Shown: piece after piece, positions 39,633 to 49,316 of the stretch
How the letters are laid out: each line of letters starts with the position of its first letter
How positions within the stretch are numbered: the stretch's first letter is position 1
Assembly (NCBI GenBank): GCA_964558575.1
Contig: CAZLEQ010000004.1
Coordinates: 28,156 to 92,155, forward strand
Direction of reading: 5' to 3'
DNA: 64,000 bases
Source: an uncultured Acidimicrobiaceae bacterium
GTDB lineage: Bacteria; Actinomycetota; Acidimicrobiia; Spongiisociales; ZC4RG35
Notes under the pieces: model-generated
Database searches by the model: none
The model's input: the letters and a program-made list of their open reading frames with translations, nothing else
What the model was told of the DNA's origin: nothing
Program-made: the position numbers and the translations under genes

Positions 39633-41029
39633 GCCAGCCCGTCACCTTCCTCTCCCGGGCCGAGGCCCTGATCGGCACCCATGAAGCCGACGCAGTGGCC
39701 CGAGGCGTCCGCAACTTCGTCGCTCTGCGTGAGCAGTCGATGGATGAGTTCCCGCAGATCGAGAAGCTGCGCCACCGGGCCCGGGCAGTCCGGCTCCATT
39801 CGCTCAAGCACCTCGACCGTCTCCTCGCCCGATTCGCCGACCAGTTGGAGGAAGCCGGCGGGCGGGTCCACTGGGCCGGTGACGCCGCCGAGGCGCGTGA
39901 GATCACGGCCCGGATACTCGCCGCGGCGAACGCCCGCCTCGTGGTCAAGTCGAAGTCGATGGTCTCCGAAGAGATCGAGATCAACCGTCATCTCGAATCC
40001 CTCGGCCTCGAGGTCCTCGAGACCGACCTCGGCGAGTTCATCGCCCAACTCGCCGGCGACACTCCCTCGCACATCATCGCCCCGGTCCTCCACATGACCA
40101 GGGAGGACGTGGGTCTGCTGTTCACCGAGAAACTGGGAGTCTCCTACACCAGTGACCCGTTCGAGCTGAATCGGATCGCGCGCTTCCACCTCCGTGACGT
40201 CTTCCTGCGCGCTGACGCCGGCATATCCGGGGTCAACATGGCGGTGGCCGAGTCAGGCTCGATCGTGCTGGTGACCAACGAAGGCAACGGCCGGCTCACC
40301 ACCACGGCCCCGCGGCTGCACATCGCCCTCATGGGCATGGAGCGAATCGTCTCCGGGTGGTCAGACGCCGCCGTCGTCCTCGAGACCCTGGCCCGATCGG
40401 CAACTGGACAACGTCTCTCGGTCTACACCAGCGTGATCACCGGGCCGCGACGCGAGGGGGATCCCGATGGCCCCGAGGAGGTCCACGTGATCGTCATCGA
40501 CAACGGACGCTCCCGGATACTCGCCGGGGAGACCGCCGAGATACTCGCCTGCATCCGATGCGGGGCCTGTCTCAACGTGTGCCCGGTGTTCCGCACCGCG
40601 GGAGGGCACGCCTACGGCACCGTCTATTCGGGTCCGGTGGGGTCGATCGTCACCCCGGGACTGCATGGCATGGACCCCTGGTGGGATCTTCCCTACGCCT
40701 CGACACTCTGCGGTGCCTGCGAGGAGGTCTGCCCGGTGCGCATCCAGATCCCGAAGATGCTGCTCGGGCTCAGGGAGCAGGCCGCCGCGGAAGGACGTCT
40801 TCCCGGATGGCTCGACAAGGGCATGTCTCGTTATGCCCGGACCAGCGCGGATCCGAGGCAATGGTCGAGGGCCAAGAAGTGGGCGTCACGGCTCGGCGGC
40901 CTCATCTCCACGCGGGGCTGGATACGGCGCTTGCCCGGGCCGGGGCGTGGCTGGACCCGGGGGCGTGACATGAGGCGTCCCGCCCGGGAGTCCTTCAACG
41001 ACTGGTGGAGATCACACCGTGGAACGTGA
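39629..41029 (+). CDS. lutB: lactate utilization protein B, 4Fe-4S subunit
   Basis: GTGA overlap with lutA. LUD/DUF162 domain plus CIRCGACLNVCPV and CGACEEVCPV clusters. Confidence 0.85.
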   Translation: MSQPVTFLSRAEALIGTHEADAVARGVRNFVALREQSMDEFPQIEKLRHRARAVRLHSLKHLDRLLARFADQLEEAGGRVHWAGDAAEAREITARILAAANARLVVKSKSMVSEEIEINRHLESLGLEVLETDLGEFIAQLAGDTPSHIIAPVLHMTREDVGLLFTEKLGVSYTSDPFELNRIARFHLRDVFLRADAGISGVNMAVAESGSIVLVTNEGNGRLTTTAPRLHIALMGMERIVSGWSDAAVVLETLARSATGQRLSVYTSVITGPRREGDPDGPEEVHVIVIDNGRSRILAGETAEILACIRCGACLNVCPVFRTAGGHAYGTVYSGPVGSIVTPGLHGMDPWWDLPYASTLCGACEEVCPVRIQIPKMLLGLREQAAAEGRLPGWLDKGMSRYARTSADPRQWSRAKKWASRLGGLISTRGWIRRLPGPGRGWTRGRDMRRPARESFNDWWRSHRGT

Positions 41030-41672
41030 CGCCTTCCTCACCCGTGTCGGCCGGGCATCCTTGACCTCGGTGCTGCCCGACCCTCCCCGCGTCGCCGGCT
41101 CGCTCAGGGAGCCCGATGGCATCGACCTGCTCGAATTGTTCCGGGCGCGGGCCCAGGCGGTCAACGCCGTCATCCACGGGCCGGTCAGCCGTCATGGCGT
41201 TCCCCGCGCGGTGGCCGCCATCGCCGGAGGACATGACGCAGAGACCTTCGTGACGTGGGACGACCTCCCGGTCAGCGGTGTGGCGGCCACGCTGCAGTCG
41301 GCCGGGGTGAGGCGAGTCGACCATTGGGTCCCCGACAAGGACCGGGCCGAGCACAACCTGTCCTACCGCGACCTCGACATGGGCGTCACCGGGGCGCATG
41401 CCGCCCTGGCCGAGAGTGGCAGCCTGGTGCTCATGCACGGCGAGGGGAGACCTCGCATGGCCAGTCTCATCCCTGACGTCCACATCGCTCTGCTCGAGGT
41501 GGCTGCCGTCGAGTGGACGTTGGCCTCCTGGGCGGAGAAAAACCCCGATTTGGTGGCGGAGACGACGAATCTGGTGGTCGTCACCGGTCCGAGCCGGACC
41601 GGAGACATCGAACTTCAGCTCAATCTCGGTGTTCACGGGCCGAGACATGTCCACATCGTGATGATCAGATGA
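41019..41672 (+). CDS. lutC: lactate utilization protein C (LUD domain)
   Basis: 217 aa. LUD-domain pattern (GVTGAHAALAESGSLVL). Confidence 0.8.
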   Translation: MERDAFLTRVGRASLTSVLPDPPRVAGSLREPDGIDLLELFRARAQAVNAVIHGPVSRHGVPRAVAAIAGGHDAETFVTWDDLPVSGVAATLQSAGVRRVDHWVPDKDRAEHNLSYRDLDMGVTGAHAALAESGSLVLMHGEGRPRMASLIPDVHIALLEVAAVEWTLASWAEKNPDLVAETTNLVVVTGPSRTGDIELQLNLGVHGPRHVHIVMIR

Positions 41673-42643
41673 GAGGCCTCCAACCACCACCGAAGACCGA
41701 CAAGCCCAGCCGGCTGGCGGCTCGCTTCATGACGTTGCTTGTCTTCGCCGCTGGAGCAGGGATAGCCGTGTACACCGCGGCAACCAACCAAGCCGCCGAT
41801 CTCAGCGAGGATCTGCGCCCGGTGACCCTCGAGCTCGAAGACTCCACCGACATTGGGGGGTTCGTCACCAGCGCCCGGGTCGACGAAGGCGGGCCCGATC
41901 CGGTTGTGATCCTCCACGACGACGACATCACCGGAGGGTTGATCCTCGACGGTGTCGCCGCAAGTCTCGGCGATGCCTACCACGGTGTCCGCATCGATCT
42001 CCCCGGCTTCGGTTACTCGACCCGCATGCCCCTCGAAGGCACCCACCACACGGTGACCGGCATCGCCGACCGCCTCGCCCAGGTGCTCGAGGAGCGTTTC
42101 GGTGGCCCGGTGCCCGTCGTCGGTGTCGGCCTGGGAGGAGAGGTCGGTGCCGAGCTGGCCCACACCTACCCCGATCTCGTCGAGGCCCTGGTGATGGTGG
42201 ATGTCGACTTCTGGTCCCCTCCATCGTTTGCGGCCGGGCTGCAGAGTCTTCCCTGGCTGGGAAAGGCGGCCACCTACACCTGGGAGACCGGGGGTAGGTT
42301 CGCTCTTCGCAATTGGGCTCCGTACTGCGATGAGGGAGGGTGGTGCCCGACGGGGGACCACGTCGCGGAGCGTTTGGTGATCATCGAACTGGAGCGGACC
42401 ACGGACTCGCTCCATGCCTTCCGGAGCACCAGGGAGGCCGCCCTCGCCTCGGCCAACCTCGATCAGATCACCGTGCCGACCGTCTATGTGTGGAGCACCC
42501 AGGGCGAGGTCGACGAAGACATCGTCGACCGGCTCACCGAGGAGATGTCAGCCTTGAGGATCGTCGAGTCGGCCACGTTCCAGGCCCATCTCGAGGATCC
42601 GGCCACGGTGGCCGAGGCTCTGACGTTGGCCACCGGTCGATAG
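41669..42643 (+). CDS. alpha/beta-hydrolase fold protein with N-terminal membrane anchor, nucleophile Ser apparently replaced (GVGLGGEVG)
   Basis: ATGA overlap with lutC. Single TM. Alpha/beta-hydrolase fold, but the GxSxG elbow reads GLGGE. Confidence 0.6.
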   Translation: MRGLQPPPKTDKPSRLAARFMTLLVFAAGAGIAVYTAATNQAADLSEDLRPVTLELEDSTDIGGFVTSARVDEGGPDPVVILHDDDITGGLILDGVAASLGDAYHGVRIDLPGFGYSTRMPLEGTHHTVTGIADRLAQVLEERFGGPVPVVGVGLGGEVGAELAHTYPDLVEALVMVDVDFWSPPSFAAGLQSLPWLGKAATYTWETGGRFALRNWAPYCDEGGWCPTGDHVAERLVIIELERTTDSLHAFRSTREAALASANLDQITVPTVYVWSTQGEVDEDIVDRLTEEMSALRIVESATFQAHLEDPATVAEALTLATGR

Positions 42644-42649
42644 CTGCGT

Positions 42650-43400
42650 TCACGGACGGTGGGCGAGGAACACGATCTCTTGGTCAGGCCGGTCGGGAGC
42701 ATCACGCACTTCGTCGAGAACGAAGCCGGTTGCCGCAAGGGAGTCTTCGATGGCCGGCAAGTTGTGAAACCGCAGCGTCGAGGACGACTCGAAGGTGGAG
42801 CCGTCCGATTCGAAGATGATCTTCCACTGGAAAGTGACCAACTCCCCGACGACGTCCGTCACCTGATTCCAGGTGCGGACCATGCCCACCTCCGGGATGT
42901 CCTCGACCTGGGTGGTCTTCTCTATCGTCCAATGTTCCCAGGCTCGTCGAGTCGGGTCCCTGGTCTCGAACACCAGGTGACCGCCCGGTCGTAGCGATGC
43001 GTGGAGCAGCTCTCAGGGTCTCGATCCACTCACGGTCGGTGAGGAACACCTGGGCGACGTTGGCGGTCATGAAGACGGCATCGACCCGGAGCGGGGGAAG
43101 GTCGACGACGTAGCCATGGATCCAATGCACACGATCGCCCCCTGGTTTGGAGCGGGCGATGTCGAGTGACCCTCGGGCCGGATCCAGTGCGGTGACTTCG
43201 ACACCACGTCGGGCGAGCATGCAGGCAAAGGTTCCGGTGCCACAACCTATGTCGAGCACCGCCCGAGCTCCGAGGTCGTCCACCATGGCGTCATAGACAT
43301 CCAAATCGCCCCGATCGGGATCGAGGGGGTCGTACACCGCGGCGAGCCGTGGGTCGTCGAAGATGGGGTCGGGCACTGCCCGGTGACGATACGGCCTCAC
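42650..43400 (-). pseudogene. class I SAM-dependent methyltransferase with apparent +1 frameshift
   Basis: N-terminal 150 aa (DIGCGTGTFACMLARRG...DAVFMTANVAQVF...REWIETLRAA) are in frame A. The continuation (SLRPGGHLVFETRDPTRRAWEHW...TLRFHNLPAIEDSLAATGFVLDEVRDAP) is in frame B. Junction near 42975-42990. Confidence 0.5.
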
Positions 43401-43419
43401 CGCGCGCCGAGGAGCCAGG

Positions 43420-44406
43420 TCAGGGGTGGAGCAGCACTTTCCCGGTGGTGGCGCGCCCTTCCAACGCCCGATGCGCCTCGGCCGCCTGTTCCAGCGGGTA
43501 TGTCGCGCCGATGCGGACGTCGAGGCTCCCCTCCACGATCCAGTCGTAGAGATCGCTCACCCGCCCCATCAACTCGTCGCGGGTGCTCATGTAGTGCGCC
43601 ATGGTCGGTCGGGTGAGAAAGATCGAGCCCTTCTGGGCGAGCAGCAAAGGTGAGACCGCCGGGACCGGGCCCGATGCGTTCCCGAACGTGACCATCATGC
43701 CGCGGGGGCGGAGCAGATCGATCCCGTCGTCGAAGGTGGTTGCCCCGACCCCGTCGTAGACGACGTCGAGGGGATTCGGCCCGTAACGGGTCTCGATCTC
43801 TTCCTTGAAGTCCGCCTCGGTGTAGATGATCACATCATCGGCCCCGGCCCGGCGACTCAATTCCGCTTTCTCCTCCGAGCCGACGGTGGTGATGACATGA
43901 GCACCCCGCTTCTTGGCGATCTGGGTGAGCAACAACCCGACTCCACCGGCTCCGGCGTGAATCAGACAGTGGTCACCTTCGGTGAGGGGGAACGTGGAGT
44001 TGGCCAGATAGTGGGCGGTGGTCCCCTGGAGCAGCACTGCCGCGGCGATGTCGGTCTCCACGCCATCGGGGATCGGGATCGCCTTCTCGGCGGGGACCAG
44101 GTGCCGTTCGCGGTAGCTTCCCAGGACGTTCGTCCAGGCCACCCGGTCCCCGACCTCGAAACCGCCGACACCGTCACCCACCGAATCGACCGTGCCGGCT
44201 CCTTCCAGGCCCGGGGTGAAGGGCAGGTCGAGCGGGTAGAGCCCTTCGCGGTGGTAGGTGTCGATGAAGTTGACCCCGGCAGTCTCCACGTCGACCAGTA
44301 GTTCCTCAGCACTCGGAGTGGGATCGTCCACCTCCTCGACGAGGAGTCTGTCGGCTCCACCGGTTTCACGGACCAGTATCGCCCTCACGCTTTCTCCACC
44401 CTCCAT
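43420..44406 (-). CDS. NADPH:quinone oxidoreductase (zinc-type ADH/MDR superfamily)
   Basis: 328 aa. AGVNFIDTY and GAGGVGLLLTQIAKKRGA Rossmann motifs. Confidence 0.8.
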   Translation of the reverse strand: MEGGESVRAILVRETGGADRLLVEEVDDPTPSAEELLVDVETAGVNFIDTYHREGLYPLDLPFTPGLEGAGTVDSVGDGVGGFEVGDRVAWTNVLGSYRERHLVPAEKAIPIPDGVETDIAAAVLLQGTTAHYLANSTFPLTEGDHCLIHAGAGGVGLLLTQIAKKRGAHVITTVGSEEKAELSRRAGADDVIIYTEADFKEEIETRYGPNPLDVVYDGVGATTFDDGIDLLRPRGMMVTFGNASGPVPAVSPLLLAQKGSIFLTRPTMAHYMSTRDELMGRVSDLYDWIVEGSLDVRIGATYPLEQAAEAHRALEGRATTGKVLLHP

Positions 44407-44804
44407 CCTCTCTTCTCGAGCTCATCGGCCAGGATCGAGTCGGGTAGATGGGAGAGATCCAGCCGGTCCCTCTCCGTCCCGAGCAGACGTTCGATCGGGT
44501 CGCGCACCGTCCGCGCCCAGGCCGATCCCTTCGCCTCGGCCTCCAGGGTCAGCGTGGCGTCGGCGTTGACGGTGTACACCTTCGCCATGCTCTGCGGGTT
44601 TCCCCGGGATCCTCTCTCTCCGTACACCAGTAGCACCGACCCCGCCGGCACGTCCTGGATGCCCCCGGCGGCGACGAACGAACCGTCGAATGCCCATCCC
44701 GAAGACTTGGATGTGTCGACGTTGACGACCACTTTCGCCCAGTTCTTGTGTCTCTCGTCACCCGCCAGAGGTATGTCGACGGCGACGATCACCGATCCGT
44801 CCAT
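44385..44804 (-). CDS. hypothetical protein
   Basis: 139 aa from MDGSVIVAVDIPLAGDERHKNW. No family recognised. Confidence 0.35.
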   Translation of the reverse strand: MDGSVIVAVDIPLAGDERHKNWAKVVVNVDTSKSSGWAFDGSFVAAGGIQDVPAGSVLLVYGERGSRGNPQSMAKVYTVNADATLTLEAEAKGSAWARTVRDPIERLLGTERDRLDLSHLPDSILADELEKRGWRVEKA

Positions 44805-44863
44805 CGATAGGTAGCGTAGGCCAGACACCGCACCGAGGGCCCCTGACGATTTACCCTGGGCCC

Positions 44864-45859
44864 ATGGCCAAGCTCCGATTGTTCGCCAGCCTCCGTGAGA
44901 TCGCCGGAACCTCGCGGCTGGACGTGCCTGCCGAGACGGTCGGTGGGGTGGTGGAGGCTGCCAGCGACAAGTTCGGTCCCGACTTCGCTCGTGCCACCGA
45001 GACCGCACGGGTTTGGCTCAACGGACAGGAAGCCGAGGCTTCGGAACGAGTCGGCGACGACGACGAGGTCGTCATCCTTCCCCCGGTGTCGGGTGGGAGC
45101 CAGCCGGCCGCCATCGCTCCATCGGATTTGGCCGGTTTCCTCCCGCTGGTCGTCGCCGTCGTCGCCGTGCTGGCCAACCTGCAGGAGCAGCCGATCTGGG
45201 CCGCGGCCCTGGTGGCAGTGCTGTCGGGTTGGGCGGTCGACGTTGGTAACTCCTTCATGTCACGCCGGCGCGCCTTCGCTCCCCTCGCGGTGGCGACCGC
45301 GGTGGCCACTTCGACCCTGGCCGCCCACATCCTCGGACCCACCGGCTACGGCCTCTCGGTAGCCCTGGCGGTGGCCGTCGTGCTGGGCTGGGCCGTGGCC
45401 TTCCCCGCCTACCGGCAGGCGGAGGTGTTCGCCCCGACCTTCTTGGTCGGGCTGCTGGGTGCGCTCGCGGCCGCTTCGCTGATCCTGACCCGCTCGTCGT
45501 TCACCCCGGACCCCCAGGCGATCGACGTCTTCCTGGTTGCGGTCATCGCCGGGGTGGCCCTGGGGGCTCTGGTGGGTCGTCTCCCGGCGATCCCTTTCCT
45601 CGACCGGTTCTCGACCACCGCGATCGCCTCGGTGCTGGCAGCCCTGGCGGTGGCATCGCTGTGGGATCTCGACGTCGTCGGCTACCTGCTCGTCGGGGTT
45701 GGGATCGCGGTGGCTCTCGTCGCCGGCCAGGGTCTGTCCTCGATGCTGCGGACCGGCGGTGTCATGCTCACTGAGCGCCCCCCCGGCTTCTTCCCCTCGC
45801 TCGACGGTGTGGTCCTGGCCGCTGCCGTCTACTTCCCTTTGATCCGCCTCGTCCTCTGA
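44864..45859 (+). CDS. MoaD/ThiS-like sulfur-carrier domain ending in Gly-Gly, fused in frame to a polytopic membrane domain
   Basis: N-terminal 84 aa (MAKLRLFASLREIAGTSRLDVPAETVGGVVEAASDKFGPDF...DDDEVVILPPVSGG) align end-to-end with MoaD including the terminal GG. No stop follows. About 245 aa of Ala/Leu-rich TM helices continue in the same frame. Confidence 0.5.
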   Translation: MAKLRLFASLREIAGTSRLDVPAETVGGVVEAASDKFGPDFARATETARVWLNGQEAEASERVGDDDEVVILPPVSGGSQPAAIAPSDLAGFLPLVVAVVAVLANLQEQPIWAAALVAVLSGWAVDVGNSFMSRRRAFAPLAVATAVATSTLAAHILGPTGYGLSVALAVAVVLGWAVAFPAYRQAEVFAPTFLVGLLGALAAASLILTRSSFTPDPQAIDVFLVAVIAGVALGALVGRLPAIPFLDRFSTTAIASVLAALAVASLWDLDVVGYLLVGVGIAVALVAGQGLSSMLRTGGVMLTERPPGFFPSLDGVVLAAAVYFPLIRLVL

Positions 45860-46009
45860 GGCGCGATAGTGGTGCCCCGGCCGGGATGTGAGGGTCCATA
45901 GAGCGGGGGTGGGAGCAGGGGAGCGGTACCGGCTCCTGCGAGGGAGGGCACGACGTCACGTCCTCACTGACTTCAACAACACCCGAGCCCTGGTTAGCAT
46001 TTCGGGCCA

Positions 46010-47095
46010 ATGGCTGCCTCGAAGACGCCAGCACGCGTCTTGATCGTCATCTTCCTCGTGGCACTGGTCGGATCCCTATTTCCCATGGTCTCCGGTGCGG
46101 TCACGAGATCCCAAGTGGATGAGGCCTGTCGAGACTCCCAGGATCAGCTGGCTGCCTATCGGGTCGCCCGGACGGCATTCGAGGAGGCAGCGCTCGACTA
46201 CGAGGCGGCTCTCAACGAGGTGGCGCGTCTCGAGTACAAGCAGGGCCGGATCCAGGCATCGGTGGACTCTCACTCGGAGGGCTACGAACGGGTTCAGGAC
46301 CAGCTCGAAGAGCAGGCCGTCCAGATGTACATGATGGGAGGGTTCAACAACCCGGGGATCATCCTCTCGGCGTCCTCGGTGGATCAGGTGATGACCACCT
46401 CGGAGTTCCTCAACTCAGCCACCTTGGGTGGACAACAATCGATCAACGACATCGTGGCCGCCAAGGGAGAGCTGACCCGGTACCAGGGCGAGCTCGACAC
46501 CGTCCACGACGAGCTCAGCGCAGCCGAGGCCGAGTCCCTCGGCATCCTCAACCGCCAGCAGGATGCCATGGAGGCGGAACAGGCCGCATACGCGCGGCTC
46601 AGTGACCGCTGTAAGCAACTGACCGCCCAGTACGAGCGGGAACAGGAGGAGCGTCGGCAGAGGGAAGCGCAGCGGAGGGCCGGATCGGTCCAGGTGGGTT
46701 CGTTCATCTGCCCGTTCACCCCGGGGCGGACCTCGTTCATCGACTCCTGGGGCTTCCCCCGCCCCGGTGGCCGCACCCACAAAGGCGTCGACATGTTCGC
46801 CGCCCGCGGCGAGCCGATGTACGCGGTCCAGGCCGGGACCGCCGGGACATCGAGCAACCGGCTCGGGGGGTTGACCGTTCACCTGCGGGCCGACACCGGC
46901 TTCACCTACTACTACGCCCACCTCGACAGCTTCGCCTTCTCGGGAAGCAAGCGGGTGGCCCAGGGTGAGGTCCTCGGCTACAACGGCAGCTCGGGGAACG
47001 CCCGGGGGATCAGCCCCCACCTCCACTTCGAGATCAGACCCGGCGGCGGAGGGCCGGTCAACCCTTATCCCACGGTGCGGGCAGCCTGTTACTAA
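46010..47095 (+). CDS. M23 family metallopeptidase with N-terminal signal peptide and coiled-coil region
   Basis: [20 protein letters not shown] and [19 protein letters not shown] (LytM HxxxD/HxH motifs). Confidence 0.8.
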   Translation: MAASKTPARVLIVIFLVALVGSLFPMVSGAVTRSQVDEACRDSQDQLAAYRVARTAFEEAALDYEAALNEVARLEYKQGRIQASVDSHSEGYERVQDQLEEQAVQMYMMGGFNNPGIILSASSVDQVMTTSEFLNSATLGGQQSINDIVAAKGELTRYQGELDTVHDELSAAEAESLGILNRQQDAMEAEQAAYARLSDRCKQLTAQYEREQEERRQREAQRRAGSVQVGSFICPFTPGRTSFIDSWGFPRPGGRTHKGVDMFAARGEPMYAVQAGTAGTSSNRLGGLTVHLRADTGFTYYYAHLDSFAFSGSKRVAQGEVLGYNGSSGNARGISPHLHFEIRPGGGGPVNPYPTVRAACY

Positions 47096-47105
47096 CCTGG
47101 CCGGC

Positions 47106-47636
47106 GTGACCGACAAGCGCCGCCGTATCGACATCGTCCTCGAGCCCGAGTATCTGGACGGGCTCCCGGAGCTGGATCTGGCCGAGGTGCGAAGTCGCCG
47201 TGACACCGCAACCGACGTGGAAGCCCAGATCTCGTACTACCGGCGCCTGCTCCACGGGCGCATGGATCTCCTCGACTTCGAGCAGAGGAGACGTCGGGGC
47301 CAGGAGGAGCGTTCGATCCTGGAGGCACTTCCCGACATCCTCGCCAAGGGGATGGTCCTCGGGACCGAGCCTGTCCTGAAGCACATCGAGACCATGCCGC
47401 CCCTTCCCTCCGTGACGGGTCGGCGGCTCATCGACAAGATCATGGACGACGGTGTCCTCGCCAATCTCCCCGAGCTCAGCGACGACGAGATCTCCGAGGC
47501 GATCGAGCGTCTCCGTGAGGTGGAGACCCAGCTGTCCGGTCAGCGCAGACAGCTCCATCAGGTCATCGACACGCTCCAGGACGAGATGGTCTCCAGGTAC
47601 AGGAGCCAGCAGGACGGGGCGCAGGTCAGCGGCTGA
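47106..47636 (+). CDS. hypothetical coiled-coil protein
   Basis: 176 aa from a GTG start. Charged helical repeats. No family recognised. Confidence 0.4.
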   Translation: MTDKRRRIDIVLEPEYLDGLPELDLAEVRSRRDTATDVEAQISYYRRLLHGRMDLLDFEQRRRRGQEERSILEALPDILAKGMVLGTEPVLKHIETMPPLPSVTGRRLIDKIMDDGVLANLPELSDDEISEAIERLREVETQLSGQRRQLHQVIDTLQDEMVSRYRSQQDGAQVSG

Positions 47637-47638
47637 CC

Positions 47639-48586
47639 TTGCTTGCTGAGCAGGTCAGATCGGGGCTCGTCGAGACCTCACATGAAGGTGCCGTGGCCGT
47701 GGTGGGCCGTGACGGCGCCCTGGTCGCATCCTCGGGCGACATCGACCGGCCCTTCTACATCCGCTCTTCCGCCAAGCCGTTCCAGGCAACGATCTCCCAG
47801 GAGGCAGGGGCCGGGCTCAGCCCTCTGGAGATGGCGATGGCCTGCGCTTCGCATCGAGGATTCCCGGCCCACATCGCTTTGGTCGAGTCGATGCTCGGGC
47901 GGGCGGGTCTCGACGAGTCGGCTCTGGGATGCCCTCCCGACTGGCCGCTGGGAAGCGCCGCCCGGGAGATGGCCATTGCCTCTGGGCCCTCGGGCAAGCG
48001 GAGGATATGGCACAACTGCTCGGGCAAGCACGCCGCATTCCTGCGGGCATGTGTCGCATCGGGGTGGCCGACGGAGTCGTACTTGTCACCAGGTCACCCG
48101 TTGCAGAGACAAGTCATCGATCTCGTCTCCGAATTGGGTGAGTACCCCTCCGAGCCGGTGGGGATCGACGGATGCGGCGCCCCGGTCCTGCGGACGACGG
48201 TCAGGGCGATGGGACTGCTTTTCGCCCGGTTGGCGACCGAACCCCGGTTGCAGGGGGCCTTCACGGCGATGCACCGCTATCCAGCCCTCGTCGGCGGGAA
48301 CGGTGCCAGCGATACCGAGATCGCCATCGTGACCAATTCGGCGGCGAAGGGTGGTGCCGCCGGCTGTCTTGGCATCGCAGTCGAGAACCGCCTCGGCATG
48401 GCGGTCAAGAGCTGGGACGGACTCGGCATCGTCACCGGGGTGGCGGCGGTGGCCGCCCTGGAGGAGCTCGGCTGTCTGACGGCAGTGGCTCTCGACGCTC
48501 TCCAGCCCGTGCTGCATCCCCCGGTCTCCGGCGGTGGAGTCACCGTCGGTCGCTACGAGCCGCGCCTCAGACTGGAGCCGGCATGA
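47639..48586 (+). CDS. asparaginase (Asparaginase_II family)
   Basis: 315 aa. IRSSAKPFQA, NCSGKHAAFL and DGCGAPV motifs. Confidence 0.65.
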   Translation: MLAEQVRSGLVETSHEGAVAVVGRDGALVASSGDIDRPFYIRSSAKPFQATISQEAGAGLSPLEMAMACASHRGFPAHIALVESMLGRAGLDESALGCPPDWPLGSAAREMAIASGPSGKRRIWHNCSGKHAAFLRACVASGWPTESYLSPGHPLQRQVIDLVSELGEYPSEPVGIDGCGAPVLRTTVRAMGLLFARLATEPRLQGAFTAMHRYPALVGGNGASDTEIAIVTNSAAKGGAAGCLGIAVENRLGMAVKSWDGLGIVTGVAAVAALEELGCLTAVALDALQPVLHPPVSGGGVTVGRYEPRLRLEPA

Positions 48587-49002
48587 GAGCTGTGCTCGAG
48601 GAGCGGATCCGGCTCTGGTTGGAGGACGAGGAGAGCTCGGTCGAGTACGCCGAGGAGGTCGAGGGACGCTGGGCGGTTCGGATGCGCCAGGAGACCCGGG
48701 ATGCCACGACGGTCTGGTTCGACATCGGAGAGCGGAGCCTCCAGTTCGAGGCGTACGTCCTGCCCGAGCCCAACGCTCCGGCCGAGGTCCATCGGCAGGC
48801 CCTGGTGCGCAATGCCCGCGCCTGGCGCTGCTACTTCGCCCTCGATGCCGAGAACGCCGTCGTCCTCCGGGGACGCATCGCCGCCGAGTCGGTAACCATC
48901 GAAGAGCTCGACCGTGTGCTCGGTGAGGTTTATGACACCATCGAGCTGGCGTTCCGTCCCATGGTTCGCGCCGCCTTTCCGGGTCGCGAAAAATCGCCCT
49001 AG
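48583..49002 (+). CDS. YbjN domain protein
   Basis: 139 aa. ATGA overlap with the asparaginase gene. YbjN-like pattern. Confidence 0.5.
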   Translation: MRAVLEERIRLWLEDEESSVEYAEEVEGRWAVRMRQETRDATTVWFDIGERSLQFEAYVLPEPNAPAEVHRQALVRNARAWRCYFALDAENAVVLRGRIAAESVTIEELDRVLGEVYDTIELAFRPMVRAAFPGREKSP

Positions 49003-49109
49003 AAACTTGTGAACATGCCCATGTGGACAAACCCTGTGGAAAACCCCGAATGCTGTTGGTAACCGACCGATCCGAGTTTGTCTGCGATATATGGTGATAG
49101 GAGACGCTC

Positions 49110-49316
49110 ATGAAGTCTCCTGACGAGGTCGTTGATCTCGGTCTGGCAGCGGCGTACATTCCGACCAGGCAAGCGCCCCAGAGGCAGGCCGGAGAAGCGT
49201 CCGTTCGGGGAAGTGCGGAGGAGGCTCCGGAAGGTCACTGGGGCGTTTTGCTGTGTTCTTCGGTCAGCCGACTTCCACTGCGAGTCTCCGAGACCGGGGC
49301 CGTTCCCGCGCGGTAG
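49110..49316 (+). CDS. candidate small ORF (68 aa) with strong Shine-Dalgarno
   Basis: AGGAGA 5 nt upstream of the ATG inside the 570-bp convergent intergenic region. No homology recognised. Confidence 0.2.
   Translation: MKSPDEVVDLGLAAAYIPTRQAPQRQAGEASVRGSAEEAPEGHWGVLLCSSVSRLPLRVSETGAVPAR

Noticed and set aside
49008-49030. Rex operator-like TTGTGAAC...TGGACAA
   Set aside because: Arm spacing (9 nt) and arm sequence do not fit the 18-bp ROP consensus. Kept only as a generic imperfect inverted repeat.
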